63,512 nucleotides of DNA from Elusimicrobiota bacterium. GTDB taxonomy: Bacteria > Elusimicrobiota > Elusimicrobia > Elusimicrobiales > UBA9959. A program made the translations under genes and the position numbers. Of this stretch, positions 39,968-50,898 are shown in pieces (the first letter of the stretch is position 1; the number at the start of each line of letters is the position of its first letter). The notes under the pieces were generated by a model. That model saw nothing but the letters and a program-made list of their open reading frames with translations. It made no database searches and was not told the origin of the DNA. The stretch covers positions 1 to 63,512 of the forward strand of contig JAINCQ010000007.1 of the NCBI GenBank assembly GCA_036574205.1, read 5' to 3'.

Positions 39968-40415
39968 CTTCCTGTTGTTTTTCTTCGCCTATCCCTTTTT
40001 TTAGGTCTATTTCTTTTAATAAAACATTTACTTCATCTATAAAATAGCTATTAGGATTATTTTTGACAAAATTTTCAAGTTCCAGCTTTGCTTCCTCAAT
40101 ATCTCCAGCTTCTATTTTTTTCACAATCTCATCAATAACAGTTTTATCTCTTTCTATTTTGTCAATCAGTTGTTCGCTATTTGATGACTTCCAGTAAAGC
40201 CCATTTTTTGAATCATATTTATTTCCTCTTACACCAAACACCGAAGATATTGTAGCGCTTTTCTGAGGATTAATGATCTTATTAAGCTTAATTTTTAAAT
40301 TCTTTACAATTTCCACATACCATTTTGAAGTAGTTTCTTTTTTTGCAACAGCGCCTTCTTCACAAAAAAGATTGAATCCCCCTAAAAGCATTAATATTGT
40401 TAAAATAACTTTCAT
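39957..40415 (-). CDS. Exported hypothetical protein with GVRG motif and C-terminal TPR-like helices
   Basis: Signal peptide; SVFGVRG; AKLELENFVKNNPNS; SD GGAGGAG. Confidence 0.65.
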   Translation of the reverse strand: MKVILTILMLLGGFNLFCEEGAVAKKETTSKWYVEIVKNLKIKLNKIINPQKSATISSVFGVRGNKYDSKNGLYWKSSNSEQLIDKIERDKTVIDEIVKKIEAGDIEEAKLELENFVKNNPNSYFIDEVNVLLKEIDLKKGIGEEKQQEAKE

Positions 40416-40443
40416 ATCTCCTCCATCAACTCTTTATTTCAAA

Positions 40444-43400
40444 CTACTGCTTTAAAGACTCCTCTTTCTGTATCTCGCTCCAATATTTTTTGATTTCAGG
40501 GTCTATTGAAACAGCTTTATCAAAAAATAATTTAGCGTCTTCTTTTTTGCCCATTTTAATATAAGTTTTTGAAATGTTAACCAGAATATTTGCGTCATAA
40601 GGGTCGGATTTATACGCCTTATTATAAAAATCAATAGCTTTTTGATACTCACCCCTAAGATAGAATATATTTCCTAAATTATTCAAAGCCGAGGAATTAT
40701 TTAAATCAATAGACAATACCTCATTAAAAATATTCTCAGCTTTATCCATCATCATATTTGAAGCATAGAGAATACCAAGATTAATTTTTGGCGAAATAGA
40801 CTGGGGATCTGACTTTATTATAACATTGTAATAGTTTTCATAATATTCAAAATTTTTTGCCTTTAAAATTTCAAGATCCTTTTCTATATTTTTCTTTAGT
40901 TCATCATTAATTATTACTTCCTCTGTCTCCTTTGAATCAAGGGTTGGAGGTTCATACACAGCCAGTGCTTTTCTTAAGTCGTAAAACTTAACCTTGTCTT
41001 TTTCAGCTTTATAATACGATGAAGCATAATATATATTCTCATAAACTGGTTTATCAAGCATTGTAACCTCTACTGGAACAAAATATGAGTCTTCATATTT
41101 AATAAGCATATCCCCAGGAATCTCGGAATCATAAACATCTTTTGATTTAATCTCAAACATTAATGTTATATGCTGGGGATAATCCATTATAATAACCCTT
41201 ACTCCAACAGACTCTAAAAGAGATGCCATAAGTGCCGTAAGGTCATCGCAATCTCCTGCTTTTATTTTAAGAAGATTTCTTGGATATAATACAGTATCTA
41301 TTATAACATCACTGCTTGATTTTGCTAATTTATATGGCGAAACAGGATCTTCTACATATTTTATGCCAATGGAAGTTAGATAATTTGAAAACATAGTAAA
41401 TAAAACAACATTTGGATCCACATCTGATTTAAAATCATCTTTTTTAGAAGCAAGATTTTTTGAAATCTGAGCAACGATTGGATCTTTAACAGTTATAAAA
41501 TTAGCAATTCTCCTTGTATCATCCCAGACAATTGAATCTTTAGATAGTATTTTTATTGGAACATTCAAACTAAAATCTTTCTCCGCCCCAAGAGTATAGT
41601 ATCTAATTGTTATCTGAGACTGAACCGGAGTTGTTTCATTTATATTTAAAATTTTATTATTGAGAGTGGCTTTTATCTCAACCTCTTTAGTGGAACTCGG
41701 CTTGAGCTCCTCAACTATTATATCATAAGGAAAATCCATATATTCTTTCATAAAGAAAGAAACCTTGATATTTTCAAATTTTTCAGTTGTGTTATTTTTT
41801 ATGATTATTTTGCCGATTGGATTATTGAGATAATATTTGTAATTAGCGGAAAATATATACTTTAAATCAGCAGGGATTATTTCAAGTGGTGGTCTATTTT
41901 GAAGAGAAACCTCATCTTTTTTTTCACTTTGTTTTTCAATATAAAGGGAAAGTGTTTTAGATACTGTCATCCCTTGAGTAATAGATACCCCCTCCACTTT
42001 GTAATATACAGTTGTTCCAGAAATGATCTCATTATCATTAAAATAAGGCGAAACCCCTTCTGATATTTTCTTAAAATTGCTTCCATCAACACTTTTTAAA
42101 ACATTAAAGTTTTTTATAAATTCTATCCCATCAGCTTTAAAACTACCCATAACCACTTTTGTAGAACTACTATATGAAATAGAAAAGTCTTTTATTCCAA
42201 CAAAATGAGTAATATCAAACACAGATATTTTTGAAACATCAGGATCAGAGATATAAACCCTGTTGTCATAGTATCTTATCGCAGATGGTTTTAAAAGTTC
42301 TCTTTCCCCAGCACCTTTTGCAAAAAAAGATGAAATAAAATCTCCACTTCTATCATAAACTGAGACATTTGCTTTCTCGTTATCAAGCACAAAGATATAT
42401 TTTTTAAGATCATAGGCAAAAGAAATAGGGTTAATTGATTTTTGTAATTCAAAGTTGGATTTCTCCTTTCCATCAGGCGAAAGTAAATAAATTTTCTTTA
42501 AATTTGGAGAAAGAAGGATTATATTGCCTTCTTCATCATTTGAGATATCAGCAAATTTTGCATTTTTATCAATTGTGCTTAAATCTATGGAATAAAGAAA
42601 AACCCCATCTTTATTGAAAACCTGAATCATATTCATCTTGGTATCAAGAACATATATTTTCTCATTTAAATCCATAGAAATTTTAGATGGTCTTGAAAAT
42701 CTCCCGTCTTTATCTCCTCCTAAAAAACCAACCTTATCTCCAAATGAAAAAGAATATTTCATATTTTCAAAAACTTTTATTTTACACAAGTCCATATCTG
42801 CTACATAAATTCTATCCCCCATAACAGCAATATCCCCAACCTTTTTGACCCTTTCATCACCGTCTCCAACTTGCGAAATAAGTTCAGGTTTCTCATTCCT
42901 ATAAGCAAAAAATCCGCTATTGGATTTAAGATCTGAAAAATATAAAATCCCATCTTTGAAAACATTAAAAGAAAGAGATTTCAAATTAAATATTTTATAC
43001 GGAAAAATCTTTATCCTGTCATATAAGGATGTAATATCAAATTCAATCTCTTTAAAGTTTTTATTTTCAATGTTCAGATAGAGAATTTTCCTGTTTTTTG
43101 AATCAAGAACAAATATGCCGCTTTTATAAGGTTTAATATCCACAAAAGATTGAAATTCATATTTATTTTTTCCCTTCGCTCCAAAAACTCCCTTAACAAC
43201 AAAATTAGCATCATATTCTCTTATCTTTCCATCCAGACCACCGCCATAGATAAAACCATTTTTGGTAATAGCAAAAGGAAAATCTCCCTTTTGATTAGGA
43301 TAATCTGATATAAACTTACCATTTATATCATACTTCAAGATAAATTTATTTTTACTTTCCCAGATATAAATATTTCCAGCATAATCAAATGCAATTCTAA

Positions 43401-43902
43401 CAGGACTGAACTTTGTAACCCCATCTTTGGATAAGACTTCAAAGCTATATAAAAAAATACCGTTTTTATCATATACATTTATTGAATTGTTTTTTGTATT
43501 AGCTACAAAAACCTTTCCATTAAAACAAGCCAGATCAGATGGAGATAGAAGCTGTCCATTTTCACTTCCAGATGAACCAAAATTAAAAATAAATTTTCCA
43601 TCTTTATCATACACAAAAACCGAAGATTTTTTAGAGTCAACTATATATATATTATCGTCATCAGCAAAGATTGAGGTTGGATTTTCAAGATTTATTTCAA
43701 AATAACCTGTATATGAAAGCGTTGAAGAATACACAAGAACTTTGTTTGAAAGCAAAACATATAATTTATCTTTATTGATGGACATTGCTCTAGCATTTAA
43801 AAAAGAATCTTCTGCGAGATAAGATGTCACATCCACTTTATCATATGAAAAAGATGAAACAATAAATCCTGAAAAAACAAGAAGAAAGCTCGTAATTTTC
43901 AT
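40444..43902 (-). CDS. Exported NHL-propeller + beta-sandwich + transglutaminase-like + TPR protein
   Basis: NHL repeats (FGSSGSENGQLLSPSDL, FSRPSKISMD), GDCDD..H..VPVEVT, C-terminal TPRs (ALNNLGNIFY). Confidence 0.75.
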   Translation of the reverse strand: MKITSFLLVFSGFIVSSFSYDKVDVTSYLAEDSFLNARAMSINKDKLYVLLSNKVLVYSSTLSYTGYFEINLENPTSIFADDDNIYIVDSKKSSVFVYDKDGKFIFNFGSSGSENGQLLSPSDLACFNGKVFVANTKNNSINVYDKNGIFLYSFEVLSKDGVTKFSPVRIAFDYAGNIYIWESKNKFILKYDINGKFISDYPNQKGDFPFAITKNGFIYGGGLDGKIREYDANFVVKGVFGAKGKNKYEFQSFVDIKPYKSGIFVLDSKNRKILYLNIENKNFKEIEFDITSLYDRIKIFPYKIFNLKSLSFNVFKDGILYFSDLKSNSGFFAYRNEKPELISQVGDGDERVKKVGDIAVMGDRIYVADMDLCKIKVFENMKYSFSFGDKVGFLGGDKDGRFSRPSKISMDLNEKIYVLDTKMNMIQVFNKDGVFLYSIDLSTIDKNAKFADISNDEEGNIILLSPNLKKIYLLSPDGKEKSNFELQKSINPISFAYDLKKYIFVLDNEKANVSVYDRSGDFISSFFAKGAGERELLKPSAIRYYDNRVYISDPDVSKISVFDITHFVGIKDFSISYSSSTKVVMGSFKADGIEFIKNFNVLKSVDGSNFKKISEGVSPYFNDNEIISGTTVYYKVEGVSITQGMTVSKTLSLYIEKQSEKKDEVSLQNRPPLEIIPADLKYIFSANYKYYLNNPIGKIIIKNNTTEKFENIKVSFFMKEYMDFPYDIIVEELKPSSTKEVEIKATLNNKILNINETTPVQSQITIRYYTLGAEKDFSLNVPIKILSKDSIVWDDTRRIANFITVKDPIVAQISKNLASKKDDFKSDVDPNVVLFTMFSNYLTSIGIKYVEDPVSPYKLAKSSSDVIIDTVLYPRNLLKIKAGDCDDLTALMASLLESVGVRVIIMDYPQHITLMFEIKSKDVYDSEIPGDMLIKYEDSYFVPVEVTMLDKPVYENIYYASSYYKAEKDKVKFYDLRKALAVYEPPTLDSKETEEVIINDELKKNIEKDLEILKAKNFEYYENYYNVIIKSDPQSISPKINLGILYASNMMMDKAENIFNEVLSIDLNNSSALNNLGNIFYLRGEYQKAIDFYNKAYKSDPYDANILVNISKTYIKMGKKEDAKLFFDKAVSIDPEIKKYWSEIQKEESLKQ

Positions 43903-43940
43903 TTTCCCTCCATAGATATTATTCTATCAAATTTTAAAAT

Positions 43941-44801
43941 TTAAATCTTTGTTCTTTTGTTTAAATCCGAAAGATTTATCTTTTTTGGCAGGATAGGAGT
44001 TCTTGAAAGTTTCCTGGCGCGTTTTTTTTTGGCATAAAATTTTCTTTTTTTTGAATATTGATATCTCTCCCAATATCTAACCTTGCCAATATCTACATGA
44101 ACAAATCCCAATTTTGGATAATATCCCACGCCTCCAGCTTTAAGTTTTCTTGCAAAATCTCTTATTTTTCTTGAAGATACCCCCTCAATTCTTATATCAG
44201 CCGCCCAACCAATTAAATGCATACTTCTTTTTGCAGATCCAGGCGTTATATCATTTAAAGGCTTTGTTCTATAACCACTTAAAAGAATAATGGGTCTTTT
44301 CCCAAACTTATCTTCAATAGCATCAAGGATCTCAAGCAACATAGCGGGGATATTTCTTTTGGAACCATCCAGAGAACATCTCATAACATAAGCTGCTTTT
44401 TCCATCTCGCTTTGATTATAGCTTCCATCTTTGTTTCTATATTTTATTGAAACTTTTTCTCTAGTATCTTTTCTTATAATGGTAAGATTTCCATTTCCTC
44501 CTAAGTTTACAGGTTTTGGTTCAATTAATTTAAAAAGATCTGAAATTTCATCAAACTCCTCTGATTCCTCAATTTCTTTTATATCATTTTCATCCACATT
44601 ATTTTTTATAAAAAGATAAGACGGCGAAAAATTTTCCACATCTATCTTATTTATTTGAGAAATTCCATCAATATCTCTAACCACATCCCTGAATGCATGG
44701 TTTTTATAATTAGTAGAGGAAATACCTATAAAAAACATATTCTGTGAAAAAGAAAAATCTGATGCAATAAGAAAAAAAAGAAAGTAGCAAAAAAAATTCA
44801 T
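43941..44801 (-). CDS. YcbK/DUF882 (peptidase M15A, MepK-like) protein
   Basis: LSGYRT..N, SMHLIGWAADI, GGVGYYP, FVHVDIG; ATG 44801 preferred over TTG 44819. Confidence 0.85.
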   Translation of the reverse strand: MNFFCYFLFFLIASDFSFSQNMFFIGISSTNYKNHAFRDVVRDIDGISQINKIDVENFSPSYLFIKNNVDENDIKEIEESEEFDEISDLFKLIEPKPVNLGGNGNLTIIRKDTREKVSIKYRNKDGSYNQSEMEKAAYVMRCSLDGSKRNIPAMLLEILDAIEDKFGKRPIILLSGYRTKPLNDITPGSAKRSMHLIGWAADIRIEGVSSRKIRDFARKLKAGGVGYYPKLGFVHVDIGKVRYWERYQYSKKRKFYAKKKRARKLSRTPILPKKINLSDLNKRTKI

Positions 44802-44920
44802 ATTTTTATATTTTATCAAATTTCTTAATATTTTTATTAGAAAATTAAATTTGATTTTAATAAAACAAATTTGTAAGATTTAATTAAAGATTATTAATCA
44901 ATTATTAAGGTGGTAGAGAT

Positions 44921-45613
44921 ATGAATTATATGTTTTTGTTAAGGATGATAAAAAGTTCCATTGGAAGAAAGCAGCTTATGGCAATATCTGGACTTTTGCT
45001 TTCTTTCTTTATGCTTGTTCATCTTGCTGAAAATCTTTTGCTATTTAAAGGCGAAGAGTGGTATAATGGCTGGGTTGATATACTTATTTCAAATCCAATA
45101 ACGATATATCTGGAAATAGGACTTTTAATTATTTTTCTAATTCATATAATAATGGGAATCTGGGTTAGATGGGAAGACTGGATAAATTCAAGAAAAAGAA
45201 AATACGAAATAATAAACTGGCAGGGTGGAAGAACAATTGGTTCCGCAACAATGCTTTATACTGCAATAGCGCTTTTAATATATCTTGTTTTTCATATGCT
45301 TCACTTCAAATTTACAGATCACTCAATGGGATTTTATCAAATGGTAACAACTGCTTTTAGAAGCAAGCTTTTTGTTTCTATATATGTAGCTGGATCTGTT
45401 GCTCTTGCGCTTCATTTAAGTCATGGTTTTCAAAGCGCTTTTCAAACATTGGGGATTAATCACAGAAAATATGATTTTTATATAAAATTAGTTGGATATA
45501 TCATAGGAATAATTATGGTTTGTTTTGCAATGATATCAATATATTATTTACTTGGATTGGATATAAAACCAGGGCTGGAAAATAATAATGTTGTTGAAAT
45601 GATTGTTGAGTAA
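44921..45613 (+). CDS. sdhC: Succinate dehydrogenase/fumarate reductase cytochrome b subunit
   Basis: SSIGRKQLMAISG, His-bearing TMs, HLSHGFQSAFQTLG. Confidence 0.9.
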   Translation: MNYMFLLRMIKSSIGRKQLMAISGLLLSFFMLVHLAENLLLFKGEEWYNGWVDILISNPITIYLEIGLLIIFLIHIIMGIWVRWEDWINSRKRKYEIINWQGGRTIGSATMLYTAIALLIYLVFHMLHFKFTDHSMGFYQMVTTAFRSKLFVSIYVAGSVALALHLSHGFQSAFQTLGINHRKYDFYIKLVGYIIGIIMVCFAMISIYYLLGLDIKPGLENNNVVEMIVE

Positions 45614-45622
45614 GGAGGATTT

Positions 45623-47533
45623 ATGAAACTTGATCCCAAAATTCCATCAGGTCATATTGAACAGAAATGGGACAATTATAAATTTAATGCAAAACTTGTT
45701 AACCCATCAAATAGAAAAAAATTTGATGTTATAATAGTTGGAACTGGTCTTGCTGGTGCAAGTGCTGCGGCAAGTTTGGGAGAAGCTGGATATAATGTTA
45801 TGGTTTTTACTCTTCATGACACTCCAAGAAGAGCACATTCTATAGCAGCTCAGGGCGGGATAAATGCGGCTAAAAACTATAAATATGACGGCGACTCTGT
45901 TTATAAACTGTTTTATGATACATTAAAAGGTGGGGATTACAGGGCAAGGGAAGCAAATGTTTATAGACTTGCTCAGATATCAACCCAGATAATAGATCAT
46001 TGTGTCGCTACGGGGGTACCTTTTGCCAGAGAATATGGTGGAACTTTAGATACCCGCTCTTTTGGTGGGGCACAACTTCAAAGAACTTTTTATGCAAGAG
46101 GACAAACCGGTCAACAACTTTTATTAGGGGCATATTCCCAGATGATGAGACAGGTAGCGGAAGGAAAAGTAAAAATATTTCCAAGAAGAGAGATGATGGA
46201 TTTAGTGATTAAAAATGGAAAAGCAAGAGGGATAATAGCAAGAAACTTAATCACTGGCGAGATTGAAACATATTCCGCACATGCTGTATTAATTGCAACA
46301 GGTGGATATTCAAATGTTTTTTATCTTTCCACAAATGCAGCAACATGTAATGTAAGTGCGGCATGGAATTGTTATAAAAAAGGAGCTGGTTTTGCAAACC
46401 CATGTTTTACACAAATACACCCAACCTGTATACCGAGATCTGGAGAACATCAATCAAAGCTAACTCTTATGAGTGAAAGCTTAAGGAATGATGGGCGAGT
46501 CTGGGTTCCTAAAAACAAAGGCGATAAAAGACATCCAAATGAAATACCAGAAGAGGAAAGAGACTATTACCTTGAAAGAATGTATCCAGCATTTGGAAAT
46601 TTAGTTCCAAGGGATATAGCATCAAGGGCGGCTAAAAGGATGATAGATGAAGGCAGAGGTGTTGGACCAACTGGTGAGGCAGTATATCTTGATTTTAGAG
46701 ATGCCATAAAAAAACAGGGCGTAGAAAAAATAAAGGAAAAATATGGAAATCTTTTTGATATGTATTACAGAATAACAGATGAAGATGGGTATAAAGTTCC
46801 GATGAGAATTTATCCAGCACCACATTACACTATGGGTGGACTGTGGGTAGATTATGAATTAATGAGCAATATTCAAGGACTTTTTGTTTTAGGAGAAGCA
46901 AACTTTTCAGATCATGGCGCAAACAGACTTGGAGCAAGCGCTTTAATGCAAGGACTTGCTGATGGATATTTTGTTATCTCAGCCACACTTCCAAATTACC
47001 TAGCCTCAACAAAATTTGAGGAAGCCAAAATAGATGATGATGAATTTAAATTTGCAAAAAATGAAGTAAAAAATAAAATAGACAAAATACTTTCCATAAA
47101 AGGATCTAAAACTCCAACTGAATTTCATAGAGAACTCGGTAAAATAATGTGGGAATACTGTGGAATGTCAAGAAATGAAAAGGGACTTAAAGAAGCTCTT
47201 GTTAAAGTCCCAAAATTAAAGGAAGAATTCTGGAATAATTTAAAAATAGTTGGGGATGATGGCTTTAATCAGGTTCTTGAAAAAGCCTTAAGAGTGGCTG
47301 ACTTTTTAGAATTTGCCGAACTTTTATTAAAAGATGCGCTTCATAGAAAAGAATCCTGTGGAGGACATTTTAGAGAAGAGTCAAAAACTCCCGAAGGAGA
47401 AGCAAAAAGAGATGATGAAAATTTTGCTTATGTTGCTGTATGGGAGTATAAAGGTGATAATAAAGAGCCTGAGCTAAATAGAGAACATCTTAGTTTTGAA
47501 TACATTAAGCCAACAGTAAGAAGTTACAAATGA
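45623..47533 (+). CDS. sdhA: Succinate dehydrogenase/fumarate reductase flavoprotein
   Basis: [42 protein letters not shown]. Confidence 0.96.
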   Translation: MKLDPKIPSGHIEQKWDNYKFNAKLVNPSNRKKFDVIIVGTGLAGASAAASLGEAGYNVMVFTLHDTPRRAHSIAAQGGINAAKNYKYDGDSVYKLFYDTLKGGDYRAREANVYRLAQISTQIIDHCVATGVPFAREYGGTLDTRSFGGAQLQRTFYARGQTGQQLLLGAYSQMMRQVAEGKVKIFPRREMMDLVIKNGKARGIIARNLITGEIETYSAHAVLIATGGYSNVFYLSTNAATCNVSAAWNCYKKGAGFANPCFTQIHPTCIPRSGEHQSKLTLMSESLRNDGRVWVPKNKGDKRHPNEIPEEERDYYLERMYPAFGNLVPRDIASRAAKRMIDEGRGVGPTGEAVYLDFRDAIKKQGVEKIKEKYGNLFDMYYRITDEDGYKVPMRIYPAPHYTMGGLWVDYELMSNIQGLFVLGEANFSDHGANRLGASALMQGLADGYFVISATLPNYLASTKFEEAKIDDDEFKFAKNEVKNKIDKILSIKGSKTPTEFHRELGKIMWEYCGMSRNEKGLKEALVKVPKLKEEFWNNLKIVGDDGFNQVLEKALRVADFLEFAELLLKDALHRKESCGGHFREESKTPEGEAKRDDENFAYVAVWEYKGDNKEPELNREHLSFEYIKPTVRSYK

Positions 47534-47544
47534 TGGAGGATTTT

Positions 47545-48366
47545 ATGGAAAATAAAAAGTTCAATATAACATTAAGAGTATGGAAACAAAAACATGAAAA
47601 CTCAAAAGGATATTTTGAAACTTACAAAGTTGAAGGGGTTATACCTGATATGTCGTTTCTTGAAATGATGGATGTATTAAATGAAAAACTGATAAAAGAA
47701 GGGAAAGAGCCAATATTTGTTGAAAGCGACTGCAGGGAAGGGATTTGCGGATGTTGTGGTTTTGTAATAAACGGAGATCCTCACGGCCCGGATGAGCATT
47801 CTACAGTGTGTCAGCTTCATATGAGAAGATTTAAAGATGGTGATGTAATAACCATAGAACCATTCAGGGCAAAGGCGTTCCCTTTGATAAGGGATTTAGT
47901 CATAGATAGATCCGCTCTTGATAAAATAATAGCAGCTGGTGGATACATCTCGGTAAATGTTGGAAGCGCTCCTGACGCCAACACAATTCCAATAGACAAA
48001 AACACAGCTGAAAAAGCGATGGATTATGCAACATGCATCGGCTGTGGCGCATGTGTGGCAGCATGTCCGAACAGCGCCGCAATGCTTTTTACTGGCGCTA
48101 AAATATCTCATCTTGCTCTTTTACCACAGGGTCATCCAGAAAGAACAAGAAGAGTTTTAAATATGGTAAAAATTATGGATATGCTTGGATTTGGAAACTG
48201 CACAAATGAATATGAATGCGAAGCGGTATGTCCAAAGGAAATAAAGGTAAGCGCAATAGCAAAGATGAACAGGGAATTTTTAAAGGCAAATTTTTTATCT
48301 GAGGAAGATCCGGATTTACCCCCAGTTTTTCATCAATCAACAGTTGATATTCCAGAAGATGAATAG
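47545..48366 (+). CDS. sdhB: Succinate dehydrogenase/fumarate reductase Fe-S subunit
   Basis: [40 protein letters not shown] before ATG 47545. Confidence 0.95.
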   Translation: MENKKFNITLRVWKQKHENSKGYFETYKVEGVIPDMSFLEMMDVLNEKLIKEGKEPIFVESDCREGICGCCGFVINGDPHGPDEHSTVCQLHMRRFKDGDVITIEPFRAKAFPLIRDLVIDRSALDKIIAAGGYISVNVGSAPDANTIPIDKNTAEKAMDYATCIGCGACVAACPNSAAMLFTGAKISHLALLPQGHPERTRRVLNMVKIMDMLGFGNCTNEYECEAVCPKEIKVSAIAKMNREFLKANFLSEEDPDLPPVFHQSTVDIPEDE

Positions 48367-48400
48367 TAAATATAAAACTAATAGCTAATTTATAACTTAA

Positions 48401-48985
48401 GTGAAAAACAAAAAAGAGATAATAGATTTCTTTAATAAGAATGCTCATAACTGGGATTTAAAAGAAAAACCTCAAACACACCAGAAGATAAAAAAAATAT
48501 TATCCAATATAAAACTCAAAAATTATGAAAATGTTTGCGATGTTGGATGTGGAACAGGTATTTTATATCCATATCTTTCAAAACTGTTTAAAAACTATAC
48601 AGGAATAGACTTTGCATATGAAATGATAAAAATAGCAAAAGAAAAATTTCCTCAGGCAAAATTTATAACTGGAGATTTCGATAATCATAGGTTTAAAAAA
48701 AATTTTTTTGACCTTGTAATAATATTTAATGCATTTCCCCATTTTGAAAACAGAATAACTACAATATTAAAAGCAAATAAAATACTAAAGAAACAGGGAA
48801 AGATTATTATTGCACATTCTTTTAAACTTAATAAAATAAACAAAATTCATAAAGAAACTGAAAATAAAATAATAAAAAAACATATTATAACCGAAAAAGA
48901 GCTAAAAGAACTTTTTAAGAAATCAAATTTTAAGAAAATAAAAATCATTCATAATGATTATTTTTATATTGAAGGCACAAAATGA
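48401..48985 (+). CDS. Class I SAM-dependent methyltransferase
   Basis: DVGCGTG, GIDFAYEMI, FDLVIIFNAFPHF. Confidence 0.88.
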   Translation: MKNKKEIIDFFNKNAHNWDLKEKPQTHQKIKKILSNIKLKNYENVCDVGCGTGILYPYLSKLFKNYTGIDFAYEMIKIAKEKFPQAKFITGDFDNHRFKKNFFDLVIIFNAFPHFENRITTILKANKILKKQGKIIIAHSFKLNKINKIHKETENKIIKKHIITEKELKELFKKSNFKKIKIIHNDYFYIEGTK

Positions 48986-49434
48986 AATTTTTATGTGATA
49001 TAATGGTCCAAAAACTTGGAAGACTTTTAATACTGAGTGGATTTGACACACATATCATAAAAACACCTATACAAATAGATGAAATTTGCAGAATAGCACA
49101 AAAAGAAGACAGGGTTATTTTAACACGCAACACTAAAATAAAATCTGAAAATATCTCATATCTAATCCTGATTGAACAAAATCCCTACCAACAATTTAAA
49201 AAAGTAATAAAACATTTTAACTTAAAACTTGATGAAAAAAACTTTTTCCAACGCTGCTCTTACTGTAATGAAGAGCTTAAAATTATAGAGAAAGATGAAA
49301 AAATAGACAAAATTCCCCCTCTTACCAGGCAGAATGTGAATATATTCTATGTATGTCCAATGTGTAAAAAAATCTACTGGAAAGCAAGCCATCTTGATTT
49401 ATTTAAGAAAAACCTTTTAAACAAATTAAGATAA
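48982..49434 (+). CDS. Mut7-C RNase domain protein (PIN-like + Zn ribbon)
   Basis: FLCDIMVQKLGRLL..GFDT, RVILTRN, RCSYCN, CPMCKKIYWKASH. Confidence 0.88.
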   Translation: MKFLCDIMVQKLGRLLILSGFDTHIIKTPIQIDEICRIAQKEDRVILTRNTKIKSENISYLILIEQNPYQQFKKVIKHFNLKLDEKNFFQRCSYCNEELKIIEKDEKIDKIPPLTRQNVNIFYVCPMCKKIYWKASHLDLFKKNLLNKLR

Positions 49435-49494
49435 GTTTAGATATGATAAGAGTAATAAAAGGAAATTACCATAACAATCTATTTTGTTAATTCT

Positions 49495-50898
49495 CTATTT
49501 TTTATATTTTACATCTATAATTATATTATTGCCAGAAACAGTTAGCGTAGTTTTTTTTCGCCTGACACTTATATAAACTGACGGGGATTCTATTCTTAAA
49601 TATGATAATGTGTGCTCCTTAGAGAAAGATTTAATATTAACATTGCCTTTTAAATCAAATATTTTAATATCATTAATATCTTCATTACATAATATTGTTA
49701 TCTCAAATTCTTCTCCATGAATTACTGTGGTATTAAAGGCTTTAATTTCAACTTTATTACCCAGCATCTCATACCTTAAAAATCGTGAGATAATTGTGCC
49801 AAATTCTGTATCTACTTCCTGTCCACCTTCTCGCGAATATCTTTCAGGATAAAGACCTTTTATAATAACTTTTACACCTCTATAATTTTTTACCTCATCA
49901 ATGATTCTCTGTTTATTGTTTAACTTTTCTTTCTGAAACGGCTTTATTAAATCTCTTATTCTTTTAACATCTTCTTTAACTTTATTAAAATCTTCTCTGG
50001 AAACTTTTATGTTTTTTTCAAGAATTGAGAAAATGCTTTCCCCCAAGATTACATTCTTCTTCCATTCTATATTCAATCTATCCATTAAAAAACACATAGC
50101 CGCGCCTTTTTCATAAAAGATGCTATCACTAATTTTGTTAATATTATCTGATACAGGATAGTTTAGAGAAAGTACTCTACATAAATAACGAATTGCATAG
50201 GAAGTTTCTATTTCGGAATTTGAGGATACACTTTTTAGCTCTGCATATCTAGCCGTTCCCTCAATTAATTCCTTATAATTTTCATAGTTTATATTTTCTA
50301 TATTAGCATTCTTCAGTTTAAGTTTTCTCGCTGCTACAAAAAAACGCATATACTTCTCAGAGTCTTTACCCCCCAGCATTAAAGCTTTATATAAATAAGA
50401 GCTTTCTAAAGCATCCTCAATTCTAAACTCTGGAACTTTCATCTTATCTGTATTAAATTTTGATTTTAAAAATTTATTCTGGAATTTATGAAATTTTTCA
50501 TGAATACAAAACCTGAAAGTCATAAAAGGAGTTTCTCTTGCTTTACATAAAAATGCATCCTTTCCATCAAGTTTATAATCCATAAAATCAAAAAGTGTCT
50601 CCTGTGGTTTTGCTTTACCCAAACAATAATCTGGCTTTCCTTTTTTGATTGGAATGGAATCTTTGGGACAAATATCTGAAATTATTATTAATCTATTACC
50701 TGATAAATTTACGACAAGTGGTGGATTTGAAATAGAAAAATCATCCCAAACATTTGAAAATGACTTACCGTACATATCTACAAGCGATAAAAATTCCCTC
50801 TCTTCTAATCCTAAATCAAGAGAGTACAAAACAACTGAAAATAAAAATAAAGTTATAAAAAAAGAATAAAAAAATGTTTTTTTAATTGTAATCTTCAT
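49495..50898 (-). CDS. Exported gluzincin-like metallopeptidase (paralog 2)
   Basis: Signal peptide; IHEKFHKFQ, EGTARYAE, FYEKG, LMDRLNIEWK. Confidence 0.65.
   Translation of the reverse strand: MKITIKKTFFYSFFITLFLFSVVLYSLDLGLEEREFLSLVDMYGKSFSNVWDDFSISNPPLVVNLSGNRLIIISDICPKDSIPIKKGKPDYCLGKAKPQETLFDFMDYKLDGKDAFLCKARETPFMTFRFCIHEKFHKFQNKFLKSKFNTDKMKVPEFRIEDALESSYLYKALMLGGKDSEKYMRFFVAARKLKLKNANIENINYENYKELIEGTARYAELKSVSSNSEIETSYAIRYLCRVLSLNYPVSDNINKISDSIFYEKGAAMCFLMDRLNIEWKKNVILGESIFSILEKNIKVSREDFNKVKEDVKRIRDLIKPFQKEKLNNKQRIIDEVKNYRGVKVIIKGLYPERYSREGGQEVDTEFGTIISRFLRYEMLGNKVEIKAFNTTVIHGEEFEITILCNEDINDIKIFDLKGNVNIKSFSKEHTLSYLRIESPSVYISVRRKKTTLTVSGNNIIIDVKYKK

Noticed and set aside
48982..49434. 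Mut7-C gene as a toxin or as part of the peptidase cassette
   Set aside because: Opposite strand, coupled to a methyltransferase, no antitoxin-like ORF
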